Source: Polyangiales bacterium
Lineage (GTDB): Bacteria > Myxococcota_A > Polyangia > Polyangiales > Ga0077539
Length of the DNA stretch: 64,000 bases
Direction: 5' to 3'
Assembly: GCA_044229975.1 (NCBI GenBank)
Contig: JBGARZ010000002.1
Span: forward strand, 672,001-736,000
The position numbers and the translations under genes were made by a program. The notes below the pieces were generated by a model. The model did no database searches. It saw nothing but the letters and a program-made list of their open reading frames with translations, and had not been told where the DNA came from. Within the stretch, counting starts at the first letter, position 1, and every line of letters begins with the position of its first letter. Positions 8,865 to 20,126 of this stretch are shown here, one piece after another.

Positions 8865-9736
8865 CCGCTGCGCTGCTTTCGCTGACGGCCCTGCCATCCG
8901 TCGCTCTCGCCAACGACGTCGACGACCTCGTCTCCGCGCAGAACGCCTACCTGAACGGCGACTACGATCGCGCCACGCAGGAACTGAACGCCCTCCTCTC
9001 TCGCGGCGACTCCGATGCGATGCGGACCGTTCGACCCACGGCGCGTCGGTACCTCGCGGCGGCGTACTTCGCGTGGGGGCGAGAGATAGACGCCACCCGC
9101 GTCATCGGACAGCTGCTCGAAGAGGATCCCAACGCGCGGCTCACTCCTGGGCAATTCGAGGCGGGCTTCGTGCGCCTCTATGAAAACGTCGTGAGCAGGA
9201 TGCAGCCGATCCTCGCCCGCATCCTCGCCGACCGTGCGCTGGCGCAACAGCGCGCGGAGGTCGACCGCGCCAACCGCCAGGAAGCGGTCAGGTTGCTTCT
9301 CAACACCGAGGCACAGGTGCAGACCGTCCCTCGTTGGCAGATGTTCGTACCCTTCGGCGTCGGCCAGTTTGCCAACCGTCAGTCCGTGGCCGGGGCGTTG
9401 TTTCTCTCGTTCGAGATGCTCTTCATCGGCGGAGGCATCGCATCGATCGTCGCGGACAACGCCGTCGCATCCCCGCTGCAACCCGCCGGTGTCTGGGAGA
9501 ACGTCGGCCTCGACGACCAGCGCGCCACCATCGCGACCACGATGCGCATCCTCAACTGGACGTCCCTCTCTCTCTTCGCGGCGACGACCATCGCCGGGAT
9601 CATCCACGCCAACGTGACCTACGCCCCGACCCACGTTCTCCAGCGGACCCCGCGCCCGATTCCGCCCGCGCTCCGCGGCTTCCAGATCTCGTCCGCCCAG
9701 GGCGGCGCGAGCGCTTCGGTGACCATCACCTTCTGA
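8738..9736 (+). CDS. Secreted TPR-like protein with hydrophobic C-terminal segments and terminal Phe (start uncertain, probably downstream of 8738)
   Basis: Signal-like RRLALTAALLSLTALPSVALA; TPR-like AQNAYLNGDYDRA; PFGVGQFAN followed by hydrophobic helices; ends ASASVTITF. Confidence 0.7.
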   Translation: MERVGDRRMGRRDPRRHGGHGDRSAAREPAKRGRRGARRLALTAALLSLTALPSVALANDVDDLVSAQNAYLNGDYDRATQELNALLSRGDSDAMRTVRPTARRYLAAAYFAWGREIDATRVIGQLLEEDPNARLTPGQFEAGFVRLYENVVSRMQPILARILADRALAQQRAEVDRANRQEAVRLLLNTEAQVQTVPRWQMFVPFGVGQFANRQSVAGALFLSFEMLFIGGGIASIVADNAVASPLQPAGVWENVGLDDQRATIATTMRILNWTSLSLFAATTIAGIIHANVTYAPTHVLQRTPRPIPPALRGFQISSAQGGASASVTITF

Positions 9737-9812
9737 GCGGCGTACGCCCCTCGATGAATCGTCTTGAGGCCCGCGCCGTCATGGGCCCACCATCGCCGCC
9801 AGAAGGTCCACC

Positions 9813-10163
9813 GTGCACAAACCAAAGCTCACCCGTCACCGCGTCGTGCTCACCCTCTCGGCCCTCGGCTCCATCGGGGCCGTCCTCGCCGCCCTCGCCG
9901 CCACCTCGCCGCCCGCCGACGCACAGACGCCCCCGGAGGGCACGGCGCAGTACAACCGCGCGTGCGGCCGCTGCCACACGCAGCCCCACGACGACGACGA
10001 CATCGGCCCCGCCATCGCCAACAAGCGGCTCACCACCGAGGCGATGACCAAGGTGATCCGTGAGGGCACCAAGCGCATGCGCCCCATCGCGCCGACCAAG
10101 CTCTCGGACGCCGACCTCGCACGGGTGATGGCGTTTCTGCGCTCGATCAACGCCGTGCGCTGA
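9813..10163 (+). CDS. Monoheme class I c-type cytochrome
   Basis: Signal peptide ending ADA-Q; CGRCH heme-binding motif; candidate distal Met (KRMRP). Confidence 0.85.
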   Translation: MHKPKLTRHRVVLTLSALGSIGAVLAALAATSPPADAQTPPEGTAQYNRACGRCHTQPHDDDDIGPAIANKRLTTEAMTKVIREGTKRMRPIAPTKLSDADLARVMAFLRSINAVR

Positions 10164-10168
10164 CTACG

Positions 10169-10507
10169 TCACTGGAGCACCAGCGACGCGCCGCGGGTGA
10201 TCCGCGCGCCGCGCAGGATGCTCGACCCCTCGTGCTGGCAGTTCTCGATGCGGATGTCCCAGCTGCCCGGGGGCATCGGCACCACCCGTGACGCCCCGTC
10301 GGCCACCGTGCTGCTGCCGAGGAGATCGTCCGTCCACGAGTCGTCGTTGATGGGCGAGAGGTACAGGTAGCAGATGCTGTCGCGGGTTCGGTTGACCACC
10401 GAGATCGGCACGGTCATCCCGTCCGAGCGAACCCGCGGCGCCGACGCGCACCCCACCACGGCCAACAACAACCCGAAGAGCATGGACAGTCGCACGTCGC
10501 GGAGCAT
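10169..10507 (-). CDS. Small lipoprotein of unknown function
   Basis: C-terminal part of the 10169..12220 ORF: MLRDVRLSMLFGLLLAVVGC lipobox, then a beta-rich domain ICYLYLSP..DSWTDDLLG. Confidence 0.7.
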   Translation of the reverse strand: MLRDVRLSMLFGLLLAVVGCASAPRVRSDGMTVPISVVNRTRDSICYLYLSPINDDSWTDDLLGSSTVADGASRVVPMPPGSWDIRIENCQHEGSSILRGARITRGASLVLQ

Positions 10508-10600
10508 GGACGACCCCCGGCGGCGCGGCCAACTTTCGCGGGGCGCGACACTGACGGCGGAGGAGTATGCTCCGCTCCCGCCGTACAGAAAGGTCACGAG

Positions 10601-12418
<1,818 letters not shown>

Positions 12419-12423
12419 CCCGG

Positions 12424-15400
12424 ATGCCCGCGTGCGTCGGACGGGAGCGCGAGCTCGCGTGGATCACCGCGCGCCTCGACGCGACCAGCGCCAACGGGAC
12501 CGGTGCGGTGGTGGTCTCGGGGCCGTCGGGCATCGGCAAGTCGCGGCTCCTCGACGAGCTGCGCGACCAGGCGCGGAGCGTGTCGTTTCCGGTGCTGGAG
12601 GGGTGGTGCATCCGGCACGCGGCCTTCGCGCCCTTCCTCTCCATCGCGTCGCAAGCGCTGGCGTGGCTGCGCGCGCGCGATGAGCAGCACCTCCTGAGCA
12701 CGGCGCACCTCGAAGCGCTGGCCCCGCTGGTGAGCGCGCGCGTCCCACGTGGGCGCGACGACGTCGACGCCACCGAAGCCGCGGCGGGCTTCACCGAGGC
12801 GGTCACGCGGCTGCTCTCGGCGGTGGGTCGGCAGCGCCCGGTGCTCGTGCTCATCCGCGGAGCGGCGCGCATGGACGAAGCGTCGTCGGCGCTGGTGCGG
12901 GCGCTGCTCGACTCGGCCGGCCCCGCGGGTGAGGCGACCCCCGGTGCCGCTCCTGCGCTGCTTGTGGCATCGACCCGGGAGCGAACGCTCACCGCGGCCT
13001 TCGACCACGCGCGCACCGAGCTGCTCCCGATGCAGGGCCTCGACGCCGACGCCTTCGGACGGCTGCTCACCGATCCCGCGCTCTTGCAGCGATTGCAGGC
13101 CGCGACCGACGGCAATCCCGCGGTGTTGCTGGGGCTCCTCGGTCGGCCGCCGACCTCACGCGGCGACGAGGTGCTGTCACGCATGGAGGAGCTCGGGGAG
13201 GTTCCGCGGCGGGTGGTGGCGACGCTCGCGCTGGCCGACCGCCCGCTGCCCGTGCATGTGCTCGCCGCGGCGATCGGGGTGGACGCGCCGTCGGTGCACC
13301 GGGCCGTGCCTCCGCTCGTCGGGGCCGACCTCGCGCGACGAACCCTCGACCCGGCAGTGGGCGACGTGGTGGTGGGCCTCGCGCGTTACGACGACGGCGC
13401 GCGGGTGCTGGCGGGGTACGCCGACGCGGAGTGCTCGGCGATCAGGGCGCGGCTGGGCGCGGCGCTCGCGGAGTGGGGCCGCGCGACACCCGAGGAGGTG
13501 GTGCGGCACCGGCTCGCGGGTGGCGTGGGCGCCGGGCTGGTGAGCGAGTCGATGGAGGTCGCGCGCTCGCTGCTGCGGCGACATGCGCCGGCGTCGGCGC
13601 TGGCCCTGTTGGAGGCGTGCGCGCAGGTCGCGGACGCGGCGACGCTGAAGGACGTCGCGACGCTCGCGGTGGCGGCGGCGCGAGCGACGGGGGCGGAGAC
13701 CGAGGCACGCGGGCACGTGCTGCGTGCGCGCGAGGCCAACCCCGACGACCCCGAGCTGGCGCGATTGGAGGCCGCCATCGCGCTCGCGGAGGGTGACCTC
13801 GCGCGGGCCGAGCGGGCGCTCGATCACGCCGAGGCGAAGCTCGCCACGGGCGACGACGAGCAGCGGGCGACCGTGTTGCTCACGCGCGCGGAGCTCCGGT
13901 TTCAGCAGGGGCGCTTCGAGGAGTCCGAGCGGCTCGCGATGGACGCCCTGGCGCGCGCCCCGGAGGGACCGCTCGTGGCGCAGGCGCGCAACGTGGTGAC
14001 CAAGGTGCTGCTGGTGCGGCGCGACTTCGACCGCGGCCAGGCGTGGACCGAGCAGTCGCTGGAGCTGGCGCGCGCCCGACGGTCGCAGGACGAGTTGCTG
14101 CGGGGGCTCATTAACCTGGGCGTGGTCGCCATCTGGCGCGACGACCTGGACGAGGCGCAGCGGCGCTTCGTCGAGGCGCGGGCGGTGGCCCAGCGCGGCG
14201 GATCGATGATGCTCCAGGGGGTGCTCCGCGAAAACGAGGCGGTGGTGGCGCACCTCCAGGCTCGCTACGGCGACGCGCTGCGGTCGTACCAGGAGGCGCT
14301 GGAGATTCTTACCCGCGTGGGTAACCACCGCTTCGTGGCACGGGTCGCCAACAACCTGGGCGAGCTCTACGCGCAGGTCGGGGCGAGCGATCGGGCGCGG
14401 CGACTCTTCGAGCACGCGGCGCGGGTCTCGCGCGGCTCGACCGGGACACTGGCCGCGGAGTCGCGGATGCTGCGCGCGCAGGTGGAGCTGGTCGAAGGGC
14501 GCTCGGACGCGGCGGCCGAGGCGGCGCGTGAGGCGGCCCGGCACTTCGCGGCGGCGGGCGACACGGAGCGGCTCGCCGGGGCGCGGCTGCTGCTCATCCG
14601 GGCGGCGCTGATGGACGGCGACGTCGCGCGGGTGGAGCAGTTGTTGGGGGAGGTTCCGGACGACGCCGCGGTGTCGCCGCGGACGCGGGCCGAGCGGGCG
14701 GCCTTCGAGGCGGAGTGGGAGCGGGCGCGTGGGCACGACGGCCTCCCCGCGGCGCGGCGCGCGCTGGAGCGGGCCGAGGCGGTGGCCGATCGGGAGCTGC
14801 AGTTTCGCGCGGAGGTGCTGGTGGCAACGGCTCTCTTGCACCGGGGTGACGTGCTCACGGCGCGGCGTCACGCGGAGCGGGCCTCGTCGCTGCGCGCGGC
14901 CATCCTCGGAGCGGTTCCGGATGCGTTGCGGCCGGGCTTCGGCGCGCAGCTCGAACGCACTGGCATCGCGCAGCTGGAGGCGCGGCTGGAGACCTACGCG
15001 GCGCCCGCGAGCGCGCTGATGACGGTGGGTCGACCGTCGATCACGGCGCCCGCGATGGACGCGACGGGGCTCGTCGGCGAGAGCGCGGCGATGCGCGAGC
15101 TGCGACGGCGCATCCAGCGGGTGGCGCCACAGGACGTGACGGTGCTCATCCAGGGCGAGTCGGGCACCGGGAAGGAGCGCGTCGCCGAGGCGCTGCATCG
15201 CGGGTCTCGACGGCGCGAGGGTCCGCTGGTGAAGGTGAACTGCGCGGCGCTGGCGGAGGGCGTGCTGTTGAGCGAGCTCTTCGGGCACGAGCGCGGGGCG
15301 TTTACCGGGGCCGACCGGCGTCGGCGCGGGCGCTTCGAGATCGCCGACGGCGGGACCATCTTCCTCGACGAGATCGGCGACGTCTCACCGGCCACGCAGG

Positions 15401-16107
15401 CCGCGCTGTTGCGGGTGCTGCAGGAGCGGTCGTTCGAGCGGGTGGGCGGCAACGAGACGCTGCGCGTGGACGTGCGGGTGTTGGCGGCGACCAACCGCGA
15501 CCTCGACGCCATGGTGGCTGCGCGCACCTTCCGTGAAGACCTCTTCTTCCGGCTGAGCTCGCTCACCATCAAGCTGCCTCCGCTGCGCGAGCGGCGTGAT
15601 GACCTCCCGGTGCTGGCGGCCTGGTTTCTGGAGCGCGCGGCGGCCGAGTCGGGCACCCGACCGCGGAGGCTGACGACGGCCGCGCTGCGACGCCTCGGCG
15701 AGCACGGATGGCCGGGCAACGTGCGCGAACTGGAGAACGTGTTGCGCGCGAGCGCGCTGCTGGCAGAGACTGACGACCTCTCTCCCGAAGACCTCCAGGG
15801 CCTGCCCGACCTCAACCGTCCGTCCCCACCCGGCGCGTATCAGAGCATTCCGCCGCCGCCCCCGTCGGGCGCTTCGGCCAACGAGGTCGACCTCGTCTAT
15901 CAGCGCATCCGTCACGGCGGCGTGGCCCTCTTCGACATGCGCCGCGAGATCGAGCGGGGCTGCATCGCGCAGGCTCTGGACGAGGCGGGCGGCAACATCA
16001 CCCGGGCGGCGACCCTGCTGGGCATGAAGCGACCCAGGCTGTCGCAGCTTGTCCGGGAGTACGGGCTTGCCAAGGGTGGGACACCCGAGGACAATGCCGA
16101 GTCATGA
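12424..16107 (+). CDS. Large sigma54 activator: N-terminal P-loop (AAA_16/STAND-like), TPR array, AAA+ bEBP domain, HTH
   Basis: VGRERE and GPSGIGKS at the N-terminus; helical repeats (NNLGELY); GESGTGKE, SELFGHERGAFTGA, FLDEIGD, WPGNVRELEN; HTH GNITRAATLLGM. Confidence 0.9.
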   Translation: MPACVGRERELAWITARLDATSANGTGAVVVSGPSGIGKSRLLDELRDQARSVSFPVLEGWCIRHAAFAPFLSIASQALAWLRARDEQHLLSTAHLEALAPLVSARVPRGRDDVDATEAAAGFTEAVTRLLSAVGRQRPVLVLIRGAARMDEASSALVRALLDSAGPAGEATPGAAPALLVASTRERTLTAAFDHARTELLPMQGLDADAFGRLLTDPALLQRLQAATDGNPAVLLGLLGRPPTSRGDEVLSRMEELGEVPRRVVATLALADRPLPVHVLAAAIGVDAPSVHRAVPPLVGADLARRTLDPAVGDVVVGLARYDDGARVLAGYADAECSAIRARLGAALAEWGRATPEEVVRHRLAGGVGAGLVSESMEVARSLLRRHAPASALALLEACAQVADAATLKDVATLAVAAARATGAETEARGHVLRAREANPDDPELARLEAAIALAEGDLARAERALDHAEAKLATGDDEQRATVLLTRAELRFQQGRFEESERLAMDALARAPEGPLVAQARNVVTKVLLVRRDFDRGQAWTEQSLELARARRSQDELLRGLINLGVVAIWRDDLDEAQRRFVEARAVAQRGGSMMLQGVLRENEAVVAHLQARYGDALRSYQEALEILTRVGNHRFVARVANNLGELYAQVGASDRARRLFEHAARVSRGSTGTLAAESRMLRAQVELVEGRSDAAAEAAREAARHFAAAGDTERLAGARLLLIRAALMDGDVARVEQLLGEVPDDAAVSPRTRAERAAFEAEWERARGHDGLPAARRALERAEAVADRELQFRAEVLVATALLHRGDVLTARRHAERASSLRAAILGAVPDALRPGFGAQLERTGIAQLEARLETYAAPASALMTVGRPSITAPAMDATGLVGESAAMRELRRRIQRVAPQDVTVLIQGESGTGKERVAEALHRGSRRREGPLVKVNCAALAEGVLLSELFGHERGAFTGADRRRRGRFEIADGGTIFLDEIGDVSPATQAALLRVLQERSFERVGGNETLRVDVRVLAATNRDLDAMVAARTFREDLFFRLSSLTIKLPPLRERRDDLPVLAAWFLERAAAESGTRPRRLTTAALRRLGEHGWPGNVRELENVLRASALLAETDDLSPEDLQGLPDLNRPSPPGAYQSIPPPPPSGASANEVDLVYQRIRHGGVALFDMRREIERGCIAQALDEAGGNITRAATLLGMKRPRLSQLVREYGLAKGGTPEDNAES

Positions 16108-16430
16108 AGCTCCCCCACGCTCTCGCGGTGCTCGTCGCGTCATCGTGCCTCGTCGCGGGTTGCGCCACCACCGGCTCTTCCCACAACGGAGGCGTCGGCG
16201 TCGTGCGCGGAGCCAACGGGGGACTCAGCGTCGTCGCGACCTCCGTCGCCGCGCGCAACCTCGCCGATGAGCACGTCGGCGGTTCAGTCTCTGGTGCGAC
16301 GATGCACGACGAGATGCACGGCAACGAGGCCGCTGCGTTCTCCGGTCGCGACCCTCAGTTTGCCGGCCCGACGCCGCAGGTGCCCATCCCCCGCGACGGC
16401 CGCAACGGCGACCCCAGCAGCAACTGGTAG
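16104..16430 (+). CDS. Small lipoprotein of unknown function
   Basis: MKLPHALAVLVASSCLVAGC lipobox; ATGA overlap with the activator stop. Confidence 0.6.
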   Translation: MKLPHALAVLVASSCLVAGCATTGSSHNGGVGVVRGANGGLSVVATSVAARNLADEHVGGSVSGATMHDEMHGNEAAAFSGRDPQFAGPTPQVPIPRDGRNGDPSSNW

Positions 16431-16437
16431 TCGCTCG

Positions 16438-17091
16438 CTACTCTGCGTCGGTCGAGCCTCCCGCCACCTGCGGGAGGTTGTGGTTCATCCGAACCTGCTT
16501 GGTGTGCAGATAGCCCCGCGAGTGGACGTTGGGAGCGATGAGCACCGGCACACGCTCGGTCACCGTCACGCCCAGCGCGCGTAGCGCCGAGACCTTCTCG
16601 GGGTTGTTGGTGAGCAGCCGCACCGAATGCACCCCGAGGTACGAGAGCATCGCCGCGGCGCCGTCGTAGCGGCGCGTGTCGTCGGGCAACCCGAGGCGAC
16701 GGTTGGCGTCCACGGTGTCGACGCCCTGCGCCTGGAGGGCGTACGCGCGGATCTTGTTGCCCAGACCGATGCCGCGACCTTCCTGGCGAAGGTAGAGCAC
16801 CACGCCCGGTGCCTGGTGCGCGATGTAGCCGAGGGCGAACTCGAGCTGCTCGCGGCAGTCGCACTTGAGGGAGCCGAGCACCTCGCTGGTGAGGCACTCC
16901 GAGTGGACGCGCACGGGCACGTCCGTCGCGCCGCGGAGGGAGCCGGAGACGATGGCGACGTGTTCCTTGTCGGGCTCGTCGTCGTAGCGGAAGACGTAGA
17001 CCTCGAAGGTTCCGTGGCGGGTGGGGAGCGGAGACTGAGCCTCGACGTGAAGCCGACGGGAATCTGCGCCGGCAATGGGGGAGTCGCTCAT
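16438..17091 (-). CDS. ribA: GTP cyclohydrolase II
   Basis: PVRVHSECLT..LGSLKCDC Zn ligands, YLRQEGRGIGL.NKI.AY, LLTNNPEK; SD-like AGGAAAGGA upstream. Confidence 0.96.
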   Translation of the reverse strand: MSDSPIAGADSRRLHVEAQSPLPTRHGTFEVYVFRYDDEPDKEHVAIVSGSLRGATDVPVRVHSECLTSEVLGSLKCDCREQLEFALGYIAHQAPGVVLYLRQEGRGIGLGNKIRAYALQAQGVDTVDANRRLGLPDDTRRYDGAAAMLSYLGVHSVRLLTNNPEKVSALRALGVTVTERVPVLIAPNVHSRGYLHTKQVRMNHNLPQVAGGSTDAE

Positions 17092-17272
17092 GTCGTCCTT
17101 TCCTGGTCCGGGAGTCGCGCAGGTATATCACCTGAACAAAGGGTGAGATGCACCGGGCACCCCGCGTGGCGCGCGATCATGCGGCCTCGTTCACGCGAGG
17201 CAAGGGAACGATTGCCGTCCCACCGCCGGGGCCCTTAGGGTGCCGCGCCGTGAGCCCCGCCGGAGCGATACG

Positions 17273-18382
17273 TTGAAGCACGATGTGATCGTCGTCGGCG
17301 GCGGGCTGGTGGGCAGCCTCATCGCGCTGCGCCTCCACGAAGCTGGGATGCGGGTGCGGCTCTACGACTACGCGTGGCCGGGCGGCGAAGCGTCCGGCGC
17401 GGCGGCGGGCATCCTCGCGGCGCAGGTGGAGGCGACCACGGCGGGGACGTTGTTCGAGCTGGGCATGGAGAGTCGTGGGCTGCACGCCACACTCGATGAC
17501 GAGCTGCGCGAGCACGGCTGCCCGTCCTACCGCGCCAACGGCACCCTCGAAGCGACGACGGAGAACGACCACCCGGCGCTGCTTGCGCGCTCCCTCTGGC
17601 AGCGCGAGCTGGGGTTGCGGGTGGAGTCCCTGGACGAGCGCTCGCTTCGCACGATCGCACCGGGTCTACACCCACGATTCAACGGCGGTGTCTTCTTCCC
17701 AGACGACGCATCGGTCGACCCGCGCGCACTCATGAGGAGCGTCGCCTTGCGCGTGGAGAACCACGGCATCGAGGTCGACTCACACGTCGAGGTGTCAGGC
17801 GTTTCGACGGCGGGCGGTCGTGTCACCGGCATCTCCCTCCGGCGCAACTCACCCGCGGCGGCACCGATCGTGGTGCTGTGCGCAGGCTCGTGGAGCGGCC
17901 TCATCGGCGGTGTCCCCCAGGCGAGCGCCATCGTCCCGGCGCGCGGACAGCTCACCGAGTTCGCCCTCGACCCGGTGCCCTTTGGCCCGGTGGTCTACGC
18001 GGGCGGCGGCTACCTCGTCCCCCGCGTCGACGGTCGCGTCTGCGCGGGCAGCACGTTGGAGATGGTGGGCTACCAGCGCGGCACCACCGAGGAGGGCCTC
18101 GCGCTCGTCCGCGACCGCGCCATCGCGACCGTGCCCGCCCTCGCCCACGCCACGGTGAACCGCTCGTGGTCCAGCTTTCGACCGCGCACGCCCGATGGAC
18201 TGCCGCTGGTCGGTGCGCTCCACGCGTCGGGCCTCTACGTCGCCGCGGGTCACCATCGCAGCGGCATCCTCCTCGCGCCCGTCACGGCGGAGATCGTTCG
18301 CGACCTCATCGTCCACGGTCGACGGCACCGGCACCTCGACGCCCTGGACCCCTACCGCTTCGAGAAGAACCCTCCCGCATGA
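17273..18382 (+). CDS. thiO: Glycine oxidase ThiO / D-amino-acid oxidase family flavoprotein
   Basis: VVGGGLVG, ASGAAAGIL, PARGQ, YLVPR.DG, FRPRTPDGLP, GHHRSGILLAP.TA. Start taken at TTG 17273; the ORF track starts at 17240. Confidence 0.75.
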   Translation: MKHDVIVVGGGLVGSLIALRLHEAGMRVRLYDYAWPGGEASGAAAGILAAQVEATTAGTLFELGMESRGLHATLDDELREHGCPSYRANGTLEATTENDHPALLARSLWQRELGLRVESLDERSLRTIAPGLHPRFNGGVFFPDDASVDPRALMRSVALRVENHGIEVDSHVEVSGVSTAGGRVTGISLRRNSPAAAPIVVLCAGSWSGLIGGVPQASAIVPARGQLTEFALDPVPFGPVVYAGGGYLVPRVDGRVCAGSTLEMVGYQRGTTEEGLALVRDRAIATVPALAHATVNRSWSSFRPRTPDGLPLVGALHASGLYVAAGHHRSGILLAPVTAEIVRDLIVHGRRHRHLDALDPYRFEKNPPA

Positions 18383-19242
18383 CCTCTCTCGTCGACCGCT
18401 TCGTCGTCGCCAACGGCCTGCGCCAGCACCTCGTCGAGCACCCCGGCAGCGGCCGCGGAACCCTCGTTCTCCTTCACGGCTACCTCGACCTCGCGCGCTC
18501 CTTCGACGAGGTCATCACGGCCCTCGGTGACGCTGGCTACCGCGTGATCGCCCCGGATTTCCGAGGCCACGGCGAGACCGACCCCACGCCGCCCGGCTCC
18601 TACTACTACGCGATGGACTACGTCGCCGACCTCGACGCGCTCCTCGACGCGCTCGCCCTCGACCGCGTCCACCTCGTCGCCCACTCCATGGGCGGAACCG
18701 TCGCCACCCGCTACGCCGGCACCCGCCCCGCGCGCATCGCGTCGCTCGCGCTCATCGAAGGTGTCGGCCCTCCATCGATGCCCGCTGACGTCTCGCCCGA
18801 CCGCACCCTCGCCTGGCTCGACGGCGTGAAGAAGGTCCGCGCCCGACCCGCGCGCGTGCTGCGATCGCTCGACGAGGTCGTCGCCCGCATGCGCCTGTCG
18901 CACCCGTCGGTCGCGCTGGAGATCCTGCGCGTGATGGGCGAGCGCGCCACCGCCCCGACGCCCGATGGAGGCCGCGCGTTTCGCTTCGACCCGCTGCACA
19001 TGACCACCTCGCCGCAGCGCTACGACGCCGAAGCCTTCGAGGCCTACGTCGCGCGCATCGCGTGCCCCGTGCTCAGCGTCGACGGCGGTGACCTCGCCGC
19101 GTGGCCCGAGCTCGCCGACCGCGCCACCCGCTACCCCAACGTGCGCTCGGTGAGCATCCCCAACGCGGGCCACATGATCCACTGGACGGCGCCCGAGGCG
19201 CTCGTCGCGGCGCTGCTCGCGTTTCTCGCCGATCAGCCCTGA
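18379..19242 (+). CDS. Alpha/beta hydrolase (Abhydrolase_1)
   Basis: ATG at 18379 overlaps the thiO stop; LLHGYLD, APDFRGHG, AHSMGG nucleophile elbow, AGHMIH. Confidence 0.9.
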   Translation: MTSLVDRFVVANGLRQHLVEHPGSGRGTLVLLHGYLDLARSFDEVITALGDAGYRVIAPDFRGHGETDPTPPGSYYYAMDYVADLDALLDALALDRVHLVAHSMGGTVATRYAGTRPARIASLALIEGVGPPSMPADVSPDRTLAWLDGVKKVRARPARVLRSLDEVVARMRLSHPSVALEILRVMGERATAPTPDGGRAFRFDPLHMTTSPQRYDAEAFEAYVARIACPVLSVDGGDLAAWPELADRATRYPNVRSVSIPNAGHMIHWTAPEALVAALLAFLADQP

Positions 19243-20096
19243 GGGCGCTTCGGCTTCTGGCCGCCGCCCTTGCGCTTGTCCCAAGCCGCCGCCCAGCCGG
19301 TCTCCTTCGTGGTGGGCAGCGTCGCGAAGAGCTCGGCGTCGTGCGAGACCACCACGCGCGCCTCCATCGTCGACTCGGCCGCACGCAGCAGGCCGTAGGT
19401 GCGTCGCTGCTCGGGGAGGTTCCAGCTCATGCAGCGGGTGTAGAGGCTCGGCGGCGCAGCGTCGTCCGCGCGGTACTCGCCCGTGCGCTGCGCGGCGTCG
19501 CCCGCGTGGAGCATCCACCCGTCCTGCATCTTCACCGCGACCACCGTCGACCCGGCGGTGTGACCGCGCCCGTCGAGGAGCAGCACGGTGCCATCACCGA
19601 AGAGGTCTTTGGAGAAGGGGAAGCCCAGCATCGGCGGGCCGTCGAGGCTGTGTCGCTCGACGTTGGCGAAGGTGTTGAGGTCGACCGAGTAGCCGCCGCG
19701 CAGTCCGCTCGCCGCGGCGTCGCACTCGCGGGTGTTCACATGAAACTGCGCGCGGTCGAAGTCGACGGCGCCGCCGATGTGATCGGAGTGGAGGTGCGTC
19801 GCGATGACGTGGCGGACGTCCGTCGGCGCGTAACCGAGCGAGATGAGCTGCGAGGCGAGCGCGTCTTCGGGCTTCACCGACAGGCCGAGAAACAGGCGCT
19901 GCGCGAGGCCGGGGTCGTCGTCGGGGAAGGCGCAGGTGCGGCGGCTCCAGCCCGTGTCGATCAGCACAAGACCGTCGGGCCGCTCGATGATCGCCACGGC
20001 CACGGGCATGGTGAGGTAACGCAGCGAGCGCGAGCCCGGGCGCAGGAAGAACTCGGGTCCCGCCACGGTCCCGGTCGTTCGGAAGAACACCGTCAT
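19233..20096 (-). CDS. Metallo-beta-lactamase-fold hydrolase, N-acyl-homoserine-lactone lactonase-like subfamily
   Basis: LIDTG, THLHSDHIGG (HxHxDH), DLFGDG, GHTAG, AGDA, SHD. Confidence 0.82.
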   Translation of the reverse strand: MTVFFRTTGTVAGPEFFLRPGSRSLRYLTMPVAVAIIERPDGLVLIDTGWSRRTCAFPDDDPGLAQRLFLGLSVKPEDALASQLISLGYAPTDVRHVIATHLHSDHIGGAVDFDRAQFHVNTRECDAAASGLRGGYSVDLNTFANVERHSLDGPPMLGFPFSKDLFGDGTVLLLDGRGHTAGSTVVAVKMQDGWMLHAGDAAQRTGEYRADDAAPPSLYTRCMSWNLPEQRRTYGLLRAAESTMEARVVVSHDAELFATLPTTKETGWAAAWDKRKGGGQKPKRPQG

Positions 20097-20126
20097 GGCG
20101 ACACGACTATCACGATCGCGTGAGGG

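Noticed and set aside
17092..17240. TPP or FMN riboswitch between ribA and thiO
   Set aside because: Fragments resemble TPP elements (GGGGTGC and CACCCTTTG on the minus strand; ACCTGA and TGAGA on the plus strand), but the conserved CUGAGA...ACCUGA order is not present on either strand and no FMN core is visible.
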